From positions 6,171 through 70,170 of the forward strand of contig JAHDCC010000012.1 of the NCBI GenBank assembly GCA_020630065.1: a stretch of 64,000 bases of DNA. The letters run 5' to 3'. Positions 1 to 9,182 of the stretch are shown here, in pieces. The notes under the pieces were generated by a model that saw nothing but the letters and a program-made list of their open reading frames with translations, did no database searches and had not been told where the DNA came from. The DNA is from Acidimicrobiales bacterium. GTDB taxonomy: Bacteria; Actinomycetota; Acidimicrobiia; Acidimicrobiales; SZUA-35. The translations under genes and the position numbers were made by a program. Numbering within the stretch: the first letter of the stretch is position 1; every line of letters begins with the position of its first letter.

Positions 1-515
1 TCTTTGTAGAGCGCGTAGAAGGCATGTCGAACAGCGGTGGCGCACATGTCATCCATGGTGAACCTAAGTCGATCCCAATCGCAGGAAGCCCCCATCTCTT
101 TCAACTGGTCGACGATAACAGCCTCGTATTCGTCTTTCCAGCGCTGGGTATGAGCAACAAATTCCTCACGACCGATATCGAGGCGTTTGATGCCCTCACT
201 TAGCAGCCGTTTTTCGACAACGGTTTGGGTAGCTATCCCTGCGTGGTCGGTCCCGGCGATCCACAATGTTTCGTCCCCGCTCATTCGATGGAATCGAACG
301 AGAACGTCCTGCAACGTGTTGTTGAGCGCGTGGCCTAGATGAAGCGCTGCGGTGACATTTGGTGGAGGAATGACGACAGAAAACGTCTTCTTATCAGGAT
401 CAGGATTTGATACAGCCGAGAACGCGTTGCTATCAGCCCAGCGTTGAGCCACAACTGACTCGGATTCTGACGGAATGTAGGTCTTTGGCAGTTCAGGAGT
501 TGATTCAGAAGACAT
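1..515 (-). CDS. valS: Valine--tRNA ligase, N-terminal fragment (gene continues beyond the window edge)
   Basis: My own minus-strand translation from the ATG at 515..513 gives MSSESTPELPKTYIPSESESVVAQRWADSNAF...FSVVIPPPNVTAALHLGHALNNTLQDVLVRFHRMSGDETLWIAGTDHAGIATQ. It has the class I HIGH motif (HLGH) in the context typical of ValRS. It is absent from the ORF track because it is open at the edge. Confidence 0.9.
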   Translation of the reverse strand, partial: MSSESTPELPKTYIPSESESVVAQRWADSNAFSAVSNPDPDKKTFSVVIPPPNVTAALHLGHALNNTLQDVLVRFHRMSGDETLWIAGTDHAGIATQTVVEKRLLSEGIKRLDIGREEFVAHTQRWKDEYEAVIVDQLKEMGASCDWDRLRFTMDDMCATAVRHAFYALYK

Positions 516-766
516 TACTTAGTGAGACTACTCTCTCGTTCCATATGTGATGGGAAATTTTCGCTTACTCTAATAAAGGCTATGGCCGATCAAACAGATC
601 AAACCACGCATCAGCAGTATATTAAGACCTCATCTCGGGACTACGAGAGTCACGCTCCTGGTATGTAGCTCAAGCAACGAATAGCGAACTTGGCTAGGTC
701 GAAACTAGTGCAAATTCTCGTTCGAGACAGGCTTCGAAGATTTCGTATCGCCCTAGACTACGGCTT

Positions 767-1456
767 ATGGCTGGCTTGCGGACACAAACACACTACGAGG
801 TTCTAGGTGTGCATCCCCTGTCGACCTTGGAGGAGCTGCGGGCGGCATATCGAAGTCGAGCCCGTGAATGCCATCCAGATATTGCGGCGGACCAATCCAA
901 ACCGGTATCGGGTATCGACATGGTTCGTCTCAACGAAGCTTGGCGGGTTTTGTCGGACGAACAACGTCGTCACGCATATGACCTATCGGTCCGTATGCCG
1001 GTGCCGGAGCCTCAACCGGCTCCTCAAACGGCACGAAGCAAGCGGGAATCTTGGGTCGCCGGTATCCGTGCCCAAGTGATAAGGCTTGCTCGATTGGCCG
1101 GTCGAAGTGCTACACAAACAATGTTGACTCGACATCCACTGGGCCCCCGTGCAAGCTACGACGAAGTCGTAGAGCAGCTAGTTGCCGTGTTGGCCGAAGA
1201 CACCGAAGCACGAGTTAGGTCAGCCCGAGCAGCAGGTGTCGCTCCCCTCGATCTCGGAGTCGCCGCGGTACTAGTTGGCATCCGCAGCGAGGCCGACCAG
1301 ATTCGCCGACGGTCGTCGTTGGGTATCGACGTTGAAATGCAGATGGCCGCCGAAATTCTTGACCGGATGTGGGATGTCTTAGCCCACGAATTACCGAACA
1401 ATATTCCAGCCGCGCTCGGCGGTAACCCCAATTTGTCGCGGTACTTGACCCGTTAA
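767..1456 (+). CDS. J-domain (DnaJ-like) protein with an uncharacterised C-terminal region
   Basis: The N-terminus HYEVLGVHPLSTLEELRAAYRSRARECHPD is a canonical J-domain with the HPD tripeptide. It has no Gly/Phe or zinc-finger region. Confidence 0.75.
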   Translation: MAGLRTQTHYEVLGVHPLSTLEELRAAYRSRARECHPDIAADQSKPVSGIDMVRLNEAWRVLSDEQRRHAYDLSVRMPVPEPQPAPQTARSKRESWVAGIRAQVIRLARLAGRSATQTMLTRHPLGPRASYDEVVEQLVAVLAEDTEARVRSARAAGVAPLDLGVAAVLVGIRSEADQIRRRSSLGIDVEMQMAAEILDRMWDVLAHELPNNIPAALGGNPNLSRYLTR

Positions 1457-2298
1457 AGCTTCACGACTTCGGTTCTGTCTCCCCCGCTGGTTTTAGCTCT
1501 GTTCGCTGCAGCTTCAAGCAATGCCATCACCCGGCCAATGCTTGGTGTCTCAGATTCGATGTTACCAATGGCGAGGCTGGTAGTGAACGAAATAAGTTTG
1601 TCGTTTAGTTGGACCGGAAACGCTATCTCGTCTCGTAGACGGTCGCCGATCTCGGCTAATTGATTGATATCAACGTCAGAGCGTAGAACGGTTACAAAGC
1701 CAGTATTGTCGAATCTGCCAAGTAAGTCAGGGCCACGGAGTTTTGTCTCTAGCCGCTTCGCTACCTCGGTTAGAATTTGGTCGCCAACAGGTCCACCGTT
1801 GCTCTCGTCTAACGCTTCAAGGTCGTCGATCCATATTGCCACGATTGAAGTCGGGCGTTTCATAGTGGTTCTAAAGTGACGTTCTAGTTCAGAGAGCACG
1901 TAGTAGCGGTTAGGCAGCCCCGTTACTTGGTCATGGGTCAGGTCACCCTTGGCGGCTGCTGAATAGTACGACTCTTGCAGAAGCGAACGTACTCCTACCG
2001 AGACGGTTCCTTCTTCTAAGCTTCTAGCGGCCAACTCGATTGGAGTTGCTCTACGTGCGAGACGGACCTGCACATACGATGTCTTGTCGTCAGCGTCTTC
2101 TAATAATTTTCTGCACTGTTGTTCAAATTCCGGCAACAACAGATTTTCAAGAGGTACTCCTAGAAGCCTTCCGTTTGGAATGCCCATAGTGTCTACGGCA
2201 TCCGGATTCGTGGCTACCACTACCCCATTCGTGGTGACCAAACATCCGCCCGGCATGTGCCGCAGCAGGTCACTATAAATCTGTTTGGCTGTCGACAT
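1453..2298 (-). CDS. PAS domain plus degenerate GGDEF domain protein (A-site lost, RxxD I-site kept)
   Basis: The GGDEF-domain start DQVTGLPNRYY is present. At the GG(D/E)EF position the sequence reads DNTGF (LRGPDLLGRFDNTGFVTVL), with RGPD at the canonical RxxD spacing. The N-terminus is PAS-like. Confidence 0.8.
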   Translation of the reverse strand: MSTAKQIYSDLLRHMPGGCLVTTNGVVVATNPDAVDTMGIPNGRLLGVPLENLLLPEFEQQCRKLLEDADDKTSYVQVRLARRATPIELAARSLEEGTVSVGVRSLLQESYYSAAAKGDLTHDQVTGLPNRYYVLSELERHFRTTMKRPTSIVAIWIDDLEALDESNGGPVGDQILTEVAKRLETKLRGPDLLGRFDNTGFVTVLRSDVDINQLAEIGDRLRDEIAFPVQLNDKLISFTTSLAIGNIESETPSIGRVMALLEAAANRAKTSGGDRTEVVKL

Positions 2299-2410
2299 TA
2301 CTAACCCCCTACTCCGATATCGGCGCTATCTGGCACTTGTTGAGCAGAGATCAACCTTTACCAGTCCACTTTTGGCGGGTTGCGTTAGTTATTGGTTGTT
2401 GGCGCGTTGT

Positions 2411-3769
2411 CTATAAACCGTCGAGAGCGTCGAGAAGCGCATTTTCGACCACTTCGGTCAGCGCAGGATGAATGTAGAAGACGTCCTTGGCTACTTCGTC
2501 TGCCGGTTGGCCAAAATGCATCGCCTGAATAAGCGGCTGAATTAACGTCGCAGCTTGCGGCCCGATAATGTGGCCGCCAACAATTTTCTTTGAACTGCGC
2601 TCTATTAGCACTTTGGCGAACGATTCGGAGTCTTCGAGCGCCCATCCATAAGCGGTGCCGCCGTAGTCTCGGCGGCCGACAACGTAGTCGACGCCGTCAG
2701 CCTTAGCTTGTTCTTCGGTTAGGCCCACTGACGCTACTTGAGGGTTGCTGAACACTGCGTGAGGCACCGCTGAATAGTTGGTTTGCCGCGGCTGATCCGA
2801 ATTTGCGATATTCCAAAAGGCCACACTCGTCTCAGCGTTTGCTAGGTGTTTCAGCTGATAGGAGTTGGTGATGTCTCCTGTGGCCCAAATACCTTCAACT
2901 GAAGTTTGCATCGAAGCGTCGGTAACGACCCGGCCATCTTCGCTCAGCTCGAGTCCGGCGACTTCTGCGGCTAGCAGATCAGAGTTAGGTCGTCGTCCTG
3001 TCGCCACCAAAAGTTCATCGAACTCGTGATCCTCACCGTTCGCTGTGACCGCAATACCAGTTTCGGTGGTCCGGACTTCGGTAATGTCAGCGTTGAGGAC
3101 GAGATCTACTCGACGACCAAAAATTTCGGTAAACCGACGCGCTACTTCAGCATCCTGGGTTCGCAGAAGGGAATCGGAACGGTTGAACATAGTTACCTGC
3201 GAGCCATAGCTACTGAAGACGTGACCCAGTTCAACTGCGATGAACCCGGCACCGATGACACCAAGCCTTTTGGGTAATGTATCAAGGCGCATGATCGAGT
3301 CGGACGTTTGGTATGCAACTTCATCAAGACCAGGAATAGGTGCGGCGTATGGGCGAGCGCCAGCTGCAAGCAGGATCTTCGGCGCAGTGATTTGCCGCCC
3401 CTCAACCTCGAACGTGTGGCTATCAACGAAGACCGCGGTGCCTCGAATCAACTCGATATTGGGGTTGCCGGTGGCCCTGTACTCTTCACCGCCAGCACTT
3501 ATCGGATCGATTCGCCCGAATACACGATCCCTAATCTGAGCCCAATCGACACCGTCAACGTGGCTGTCAACACCAAGTTTGGTGCCGTTGCGGGCTGACT
3601 CAGCCAGGTCCGCAGGAACGATGAACATCTTCGACGGGATACATCCAACATTGAGGCAGGTGCCCCCGAATACGCCTCGTTCTACGATTGCGATTCGCCA
3701 ATCCTTCAAATAGTCAGGAATTGAATTTCCGGAACCAGAGCCAACAATAATCAAGTCGAAGGAATCCAT
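2411..3769 (-). CDS. mtr: Mycothione reductase (pyridine nucleotide-disulfide oxidoreductase)
   Basis: MDSFDLIIVGSGSGNSI...GGTCLNVGCIPSKMF...RVFGRIDPIS closely follows the Mtr N-terminus and redox CxxxxC motif. I chose the start at the internal ATG (3769..3767) by analogy. The ORF is open to 3811. Confidence 0.85.
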   Translation of the reverse strand: MDSFDLIIVGSGSGNSIPDYLKDWRIAIVERGVFGGTCLNVGCIPSKMFIVPADLAESARNGTKLGVDSHVDGVDWAQIRDRVFGRIDPISAGGEEYRATGNPNIELIRGTAVFVDSHTFEVEGRQITAPKILLAAGARPYAAPIPGLDEVAYQTSDSIMRLDTLPKRLGVIGAGFIAVELGHVFSSYGSQVTMFNRSDSLLRTQDAEVARRFTEIFGRRVDLVLNADITEVRTTETGIAVTANGEDHEFDELLVATGRRPNSDLLAAEVAGLELSEDGRVVTDASMQTSVEGIWATGDITNSYQLKHLANAETSVAFWNIANSDQPRQTNYSAVPHAVFSNPQVASVGLTEEQAKADGVDYVVGRRDYGGTAYGWALEDSESFAKVLIERSSKKIVGGHIIGPQAATLIQPLIQAMHFGQPADEVAKDVFYIHPALTEVVENALLDALDGL

Positions 3770-3833
3770 AGCGCCCAGACTAGACCGAGGATCCCGGATC
3801 GACTCGGCCATTGGTAAACCTAAAGATTAAATC

Positions 3834-4220
3834 TCATTCGAAGGATTCCCAGTCGACTTCATCTTCCTCTAACGGACGCATTGCGATGTCGATGGCGGTC
3901 CAGAGTGTTCGGCTAATGGGGAAGAAAAGAAGCGGGACAACAACCGCTGTGCCAACATTGACCGCAATCAGCAAGCCGATTGGAAATTCAGGGAACGTGA
4001 CGATCAGGCCAATAACGAGGACCAGCAACAAGGTTCCGAAACTCACAATCGTATTCAGACCAAGCGAGCCAGACCAGTGGCCTTCGATTCGCTCAAACTG
4101 CAAGTTGCATGTTGGGCATCGTTCGATCATCGTGAACCACTTTTTGAACAGTCGTCGGTCACCACATACTGGACACGCCTTGGTTGAACCGCGGAACAGC
4201 AATCTAGATACCGGAATCAC
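3834..4220 (-). CDS. DUF983-type small membrane protein with a zinc ribbon
   Basis: CPVCGDRRLF...CPTCNLQF is followed by two hydrophobic helices. Its start overlaps the stop of the upstream ABC ATPase gene by 4 nt. Confidence 0.65.
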   Translation of the reverse strand: MIPVSRLLFRGSTKACPVCGDRRLFKKWFTMIERCPTCNLQFERIEGHWSGSLGLNTIVSFGTLLLVLVIGLIVTFPEFPIGLLIAVNVGTAVVVPLLFFPISRTLWTAIDIAMRPLEEDEVDWESFE

Positions 4221-5062
4221 TGACGAATCCTTAGGTTTGCGTCGACCAATTCCTGGGTATGAGGATGTTCGGGACTGTTGAATAACTCTGCGGTGGGCCC
4301 ATACTCAACTATTTGTCCGTTATACATAACGGCCGTCGATTCACAAAGCTCGCTAATAACATCCAGGTCATGGCTCACAAACAGGATCGAGAGACCGTCG
4401 CGAACTAGCTTTTTGAGGGTTTCAACGACCTGTGAGGATGTGACCGGGTCCAACGACGACAATATCTCGTCTGCTATCAGCAGCCTAGGTCGCGTTACTA
4501 GCGCCTGGGCTAGACAAACCCGTTGGGCTTCTCCACCTGATAGTTCGTGCGGGTACTTTCGCAAGAGATCCAGCGGATTCTGTACACCGGCTTGACGCAG
4601 AGCCTGTTCTCCTCGTGTAGCCGCCTGGGCCTTGGTCAAGTTTTCGTGCACTCGTAGGTGCTCGGTTATTTGGCGTCCGGTCTTGTGTAGCGGGTGCAAC
4701 ATGTCTTTAGGGTTTTGCCAAACAAAGGCCATCGACGACCCTCGTAAGCTTGCTGTCACGACTCGATCGACTTGGCCATTTTGCACGAGATCAACATCGT
4801 CAAAACTAACCCAACCCGACGTCGTATATTTTGAATCGATCAATCCCATTATCGACCGTAGCAGTGTTGATTTTCCGGCTCCGGAACGGCCGGTGATTCC
4901 AACCGCTTGCCCTCGGGGAACGTCGATGGACACGTTGTTTAGGATCTTTGACACGTCGTGACCCTTATCGGAAGCTTGTTCAGATGGTGAAACGACAGAG
5001 AGATCCCGGACCGACAATATTTTCTCGTCCATCACAGAACCATCAGGCATGAGAACTACCAT
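4217..5062 (-). CDS. ABC transporter ATP-binding protein (Dpp/Opp-type ATPase) with no permease gene adjacent
   Basis: Walker A is GRSGAGKST, the ABC signature is LSGGEAQRV, and Walker B is LLIADE. Confidence 0.85.
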   Translation of the reverse strand: MVVLMPDGSVMDEKILSVRDLSVVSPSEQASDKGHDVSKILNNVSIDVPRGQAVGITGRSGAGKSTLLRSIMGLIDSKYTTSGWVSFDDVDLVQNGQVDRVVTASLRGSSMAFVWQNPKDMLHPLHKTGRQITEHLRVHENLTKAQAATRGEQALRQAGVQNPLDLLRKYPHELSGGEAQRVCLAQALVTRPRLLIADEILSSLDPVTSSQVVETLKKLVRDGLSILFVSHDLDVISELCESTAVMYNGQIVEYGPTAELFNSPEHPHTQELVDANLRIRQ

Positions 5063-5117
5063 ACATTTTCTGGCATCCGTTGGGAGTACCAGACGGTAAC
5101 CACCCTTGATCGCTTTG

Positions 5118-6077
5118 TCAGAGTCGACGAAGCCGCACTGCGTCGACCGTGTGGTCGCTACGTTTATGAAGGATGAGGTCTGCGCGTTCTCGGGTGGCCA
5201 GAATATTCTCGAATAGATTCGGTTGGTTTATGGTGTCCCACAACTCGGCTCCAGTCGCTCGGGCTTCATCGTCGCTAAGAGTCGAGAATTTGTGGAAGTA
5301 CGAGTCGGGGTCTTGGAAGGCCGTCGAACGAAGTTGAAGAAACCTCTGGATATACCACGTCCGTATATCTTCAGGTTCTGCGTCCAGATAAATTGAGAAA
5401 TCGAAATAGTCGGACACAAAGACTGGATGTTCCTGATCCACGGCTCCTGTTTGCAATACTGTCAGCCCTTCAACGATCAAAATATCAGGCTGTTCGATGC
5501 AGACTTCTTCGTTTGGGATGATGTCGTAGAGTAGATGTGAGTAGCAGGGCGCCGAAACTGAAGGTGTCCCAGATTTGACTTCGGCTAAGAATGCTAGCAG
5601 TCGACGCCGATCGTAGCTTTCGGGGAATCCTTTACGGTTCATCAACCCACGCTTGGTTAACTCGGCGTTGTCGTAGAGGAAGCCGTCGGTTGTAATCAGG
5701 TCAACCTTCGGATGATTTGGCCATTGAGCCAGCGATTTCTGAAGCACACGGGCAACCGTTGATTTGCCTACAGCAACCGATCCTGCCATCCCGATAACAA
5801 AAGGGACCTTAGCTGGTAACTCACCTAAGAAGGTTGAACTGGTCCGGTGGAGCTCTTGGGATGCTCCGACATAGAGATTCAGCAGTCTCGAAAGCGGTAA
5901 AAAAATCCTGCGGACTTCTTCGATTCCAAGCTCAACATTTAGACCTCGCATCTGTTGGAGGTCGTCTTCGGCGATCGCTAGCCGAGTCGACGCCCGAAGA
6001 CGGCTCCATTGTTCGGCTGAAAGTTTTACATATGGCGAAAGTAGATTGGCGCTGGTGCCAGAATCAGAAGTCGGCAT
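5118..6077 (-). CDS. coaA: Type I pantothenate kinase
   Basis: [34 protein letters not shown] and PDILIVEGL are collinear with CoaA of E. coli. Confidence 0.9.
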   Translation of the reverse strand: MPTSDSGTSANLLSPYVKLSAEQWSRLRASTRLAIAEDDLQQMRGLNVELGIEEVRRIFLPLSRLLNLYVGASQELHRTSSTFLGELPAKVPFVIGMAGSVAVGKSTVARVLQKSLAQWPNHPKVDLITTDGFLYDNAELTKRGLMNRKGFPESYDRRRLLAFLAEVKSGTPSVSAPCYSHLLYDIIPNEEVCIEQPDILIVEGLTVLQTGAVDQEHPVFVSDYFDFSIYLDAEPEDIRTWYIQRFLQLRSTAFQDPDSYFHKFSTLSDDEARATGAELWDTINQPNLFENILATRERADLILHKRSDHTVDAVRLRRL

Positions 6078-6582
6078 CTTCGCCTAGTATCACGACAACG
6101 TCGGCTGTGTCGACATCAACTCCAGGGTCTTCCGGTAGTGGTTGGACTTGTTGAGAACTAATTGCCAGAACGTCAGCTATGAGGAAAGCATCAGCCTCGA
6201 AACCTTCAGTGAAATACACGTTACTAGTTTCAACCGTTTGGCCTTGCTTAGTTTGCCCCCGTAACATGTTGTAGCCGTTTTGAGAGAGAAGACGCGTGCC
6301 AGAAGTAGCGAGACCAGATTTGTTGGCTCCATTCCCAACTCGGACAATCACATCACCGGGTTCTTTCGCCGGTGCGACTTCTTCGACTTCCTCTTCTGGC
6401 TCGGCTTCTGGTGCGGCCGTTGTTGTGGTCTCTGCCACTTTTTTCTCGCCTTGTGAGACGCTTCGTAACGAAGATGAGCAACTCCATGCTCCCAAAAGAA
6501 TGAGCATCAACAGAAACAGCAGGACGCCAGCTAGAGCAAGCCCGTTAACGAAATCTTGACGTTCGAATTTTTCGTTTCCCAC
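6064..6582 (-). CDS. Membrane-anchored LytR_C (LytR/CpsA/Psr C-terminal) domain protein
   Basis: It has an N-terminal TM helix, an acidic linker, then [17 protein letters not shown]...LLSQNGYN, which is typical of LytR_C. Confidence 0.6.
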   Translation of the reverse strand: MGNEKFERQDFVNGLALAGVLLFLLMLILLGAWSCSSSLRSVSQGEKKVAETTTTAAPEAEPEEEVEEVAPAKEPGDVIVRVGNGANKSGLATSGTRLLSQNGYNMLRGQTKQGQTVETSNVYFTEGFEADAFLIADVLAISSQQVQPLPEDPGVDVDTADVVVILGEDADF

Positions 6583-6735
6583 TACCTACTCCAGAACTTT
6601 CGACTACTACTTCAACCGTGTGCAGCCCGGTGGCCGACTTTTGGGCGGAAAAGCTAGAACGAAGCTAGCTTAGCCAACGTCTTGGAGTCACTAACGAGTA
6701 AACGCTATATTTGCGTCGCCATGTAACGCCGACGA

Positions 6736-7524
6736 CTATTGATGTAACAATCGTGCCCGAGTGAGAAAACCGGTGTGTGCCACCATCCGATGGTCGGGCC
6801 TCACAGACGTTCCGGCTATGTTCCACCCTCGGTGAAGAACCTCAGTGGTTTTCAGCTCTCCAAACCCTGAACGTTTCAATGTGTGCGTGGTTTGTACTGA
6901 TTGGGTGATTGACGGGCTGTACGAGACAAATATGCCTCCAGGTTTGAGGCTTGATGCTGCGTGTTCGACTACGTTCCACGGCTCTGGAAGATCTAAGACG
7001 ACACGGTCGAAGCCGGTTTCCTCAATCCCGTCATAACAATCACGGATCTGTACTTGGTAGCGGTTTAAGACCTCTTCGCCCAGAAATTTGGTGACGTTGT
7101 TTTTAGCGCGTCCTGCGAAGTCTTCCCTAATCTCGTAGCCGACGATCGATGCGCCAGCTTGAAGCATCGCCATCGAGAGTGCGCCGGAGCCGACCCCCGA
7201 TTCGAGTACTTTCATGTTTGGCCCGATGTCGGCCATCATCAAGATAGGTCCGATATCTTTTGGATAAATGACCTGGGCACCGCGCGGCATCGAGAGTATG
7301 AAGTCAGATAGTGTCGGACGGAAAGCTCGTAGGCCTTGGCCGAGGCTTGTGGCGACTTCTGAGCCTTCGTCTACGCCCACCAAGTCGGCGTGGAGCAGTG
7401 ATCCAGCGTGGTTCTGAAATGATCCGTTTTCTTCGAGGGTGACGAGATACCGCCTGTCCTTTGGGTCGATTAACAGAACCAATTCGCCCATTTTGAAGGC
7501 GTAAGGAGATGGTTCAGCTGTCAC
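6736..7524 (-). CDS. trmI: tRNA (adenine58-N1)-methyltransferase
   Basis: GAQVIYPKDIGPILMMADI...VLESGVGSGALSMAML...VLDLPEPW matches the GCD14/TrmI family signature. Confidence 0.85.
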   Translation of the reverse strand: MTAEPSPYAFKMGELVLLIDPKDRRYLVTLEENGSFQNHAGSLLHADLVGVDEGSEVATSLGQGLRAFRPTLSDFILSMPRGAQVIYPKDIGPILMMADIGPNMKVLESGVGSGALSMAMLQAGASIVGYEIREDFAGRAKNNVTKFLGEEVLNRYQVQIRDCYDGIEETGFDRVVLDLPEPWNVVEHAASSLKPGGIFVSYSPSITQSVQTTHTLKRSGFGELKTTEVLHRGWNIAGTSVRPDHRMVAHTGFLTRARLLHQ

Positions 7525-7795
7525 TGTTGCGTGATTTCCACAAAGAAAACTCTGTTCGTTTGGACCCTGATTTGGGTTTCTTTTCGTTCTTTATCTGGGA
7601 TCGATGTGATGTTGTCAGATGTTCGATCACTAGCCGCTGGCCTGGTTTGACGTTTGAGAGGTCGACAAGTTCTTTCCGCCCGAAAAACGATTTACCAGCT
7701 TTGAGTAGGAAAGCTATCACCGACACGATTAGCCAGGATTTTTGTCGGCCTCCGAAGTAGGTTCTGGCCGCCCACAAAATCAGTTTCGATATCAA
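7514..7795 (-). CDS. Hypothetical small membrane protein
   Basis: This ORF has one hydrophobic segment and a basic tail. It lies in the same orientation as two other small membrane-protein ORFs and directly follows them. Confidence 0.3.
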   Translation of the reverse strand: MISKLILWAARTYFGGRQKSWLIVSVIAFLLKAGKSFFGRKELVDLSNVKPGQRLVIEHLTTSHRSQIKNEKKPKSGSKRTEFSLWKSRNSDS

Positions 7796-7798
7796 GAG

Positions 7799-8005
7799 CT
7801 ACATCCGTCGTATTTCAAGAACCGTGCTCTTCTTCTTACCTGACTTGCGTCCAAGAACATAGATGATGAGCAGAAGGATGAGGGCTATGGCGCCGCCTGC
7901 CATCGCCTTTTTCTTTGGGCCTTCTGTAACGACATCAACCTGGTCCTGAATCGAACGGAACTTTGATTCGATGTCAGCGGGCGTTATTCCAGTTGTTTCG
8001 GTCAC
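7799..8005 (-). CDS. Hypothetical tail-anchored small protein
   Basis: The C-terminal TM is GGAIALILLLIIYVLG. Its start overlaps the stop of the upstream ORF by 1 nt. Confidence 0.4.
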   Translation of the reverse strand: MTETTGITPADIESKFRSIQDQVDVVTEGPKKKAMAGGAIALILLLIIYVLGRKSGKKKSTVLEIRRM

Positions 8006-8388
8006 TATTTAACACTTTCTTTTGCTCGTATGAGGGCCCGATAGATCACAAAAAGCGCCAGGCCGAGTGTGACTATCGCTGCCAGGTACGGGATCGTTGA
8101 TCCCCAGGTAGCGGACTGTTCGGTCGTAACGGTGGTGGAATCGCTGACCGAATCGAACGGGTCGAGTGTTTGCAGGAATCGCAATACCCCGAACCCCATG
8201 AATGAAACCCCAAGGAAGATCATGATCGATCCACACACCCCCAAACCGACGTACCGGCCCAAAGATTTCAGTGGGTCGAGTGTCTCTTGTTTGGCGTAGT
8301 CAACCACCATCTTCTGGAGTTCTTGGACTTCTTCTATAGGACTTTTATTGGCCACGAAGGCTCCAATTCTGGAAGTAAAACAAAGCAA
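8005..8388 (-). CDS. Two-TM small membrane protein (Holin-X / DUF1469-like actinobacterial family, tentative)
   Basis: It has two long hydrophobic helices (GLGVCGSIMIFLGVSFMGFGVL and IPYLAAIVTLGLALFVIY). The family call rests on overall architecture only. Confidence 0.4.
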   Translation of the reverse strand: MLCFTSRIGAFVANKSPIEEVQELQKMVVDYAKQETLDPLKSLGRYVGLGVCGSIMIFLGVSFMGFGVLRFLQTLDPFDSVSDSTTVTTEQSATWGSTIPYLAAIVTLGLALFVIYRALIRAKESVK

Positions 8389-8447
8389 ATGTTACGCCGA
8401 ACGGTGATGTAAAACAACCACGGAACACTCTTGTCGACGGAGGAAAC

Positions 8448-9146
8448 TTACTCATTGAGATTTGTGTCAGATGATAGCCGAAATCGCATTACATCTAGGG
8501 CAGTATCGAGATGGTCGTCCAACAGATCTAGGCGGCGCGACGTGGAAACCTCAGATAGTAATGTGTGTTTGTCGACCATGTTTATCGGCGCTAAGGCTGC
8601 CATCTGGTAGCTAGCCGTTGATTGATCACCAAGTTCGGAAGGTACTGCGCCGACGTCGATTCCGGCCTCAGAGGCTAATGCCATCAGTCGTTCAAATTTG
8701 GAGAGTACCGATTCGAAATTGTCGCTCTCGTCCACCTGGCTGGGTTCATCGATGTAGGTGATCTCTGCTCGAGGGTAGGGTTGGTCATCTAACCAGTTGT
8801 CGACTTGGAACCGCTGAGTTCCTACTGCGACGATGCTCCACCGGCCGTCGACGAATTCTTCGGCCTTTACAATTTTCGCTACGGTCCCAAAGTCAGAGCG
8901 GACGTCTTGTCCCCCAACTTCTGAACCTCGTTCAATAAGAACTACTCCAAAGCTTCCGTCATTTTCGAGGGCGTCGGCTATCAAGCTGCGGTATCTCGGT
9001 TCAAACACGTGTAGCGGAAGCACCATCGTCGGGAAAAGCACGGACCCGAGAGGGAACTGAGGCAATACTGGCATGTCCATGACAGTATCTAGTTTGGACG
9101 CCGAATGAAGGGTCGGAGACCCAAATTCTTGACGAGATACTGGCAA
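8448..9146 (-). CDS. LON N-terminal (substrate-binding) domain protein
   Basis: FPLGSVLFPTMVLPLHVFEPRYRSLI is the hallmark LON_substr_bdg start. The true start may be the internal MDMPV. Confidence 0.8.
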   Translation of the reverse strand: MPVSRQEFGSPTLHSASKLDTVMDMPVLPQFPLGSVLFPTMVLPLHVFEPRYRSLIADALENDGSFGVVLIERGSEVGGQDVRSDFGTVAKIVKAEEFVDGRWSIVAVGTQRFQVDNWLDDQPYPRAEITYIDEPSQVDESDNFESVLSKFERLMALASEAGIDVGAVPSELGDQSTASYQMAALAPINMVDKHTLLSEVSTSRRLDLLDDHLDTALDVMRFRLSSDTNLNE

Positions 9147-9182
9147 ACCTGCTGGTAAGCGAGATGCTTACATCGATGCTGG

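Noticed and set aside
516-766. I considered a T-box leader or other riboswitch upstream of valS.
   Set aside because: I found no T-box consensus (AGGGTGGTACCGCG-like) or specifier/antiterminator arrangement on the minus strand. The region is more simply a divergent promoter region.
7514-8388. I considered whether the holin-like gene marks a prophage or lysis cassette.
   Set aside because: There is no endolysin, terminase, capsid, integrase or att-like repeat nearby, and the flanks are housekeeping genes.
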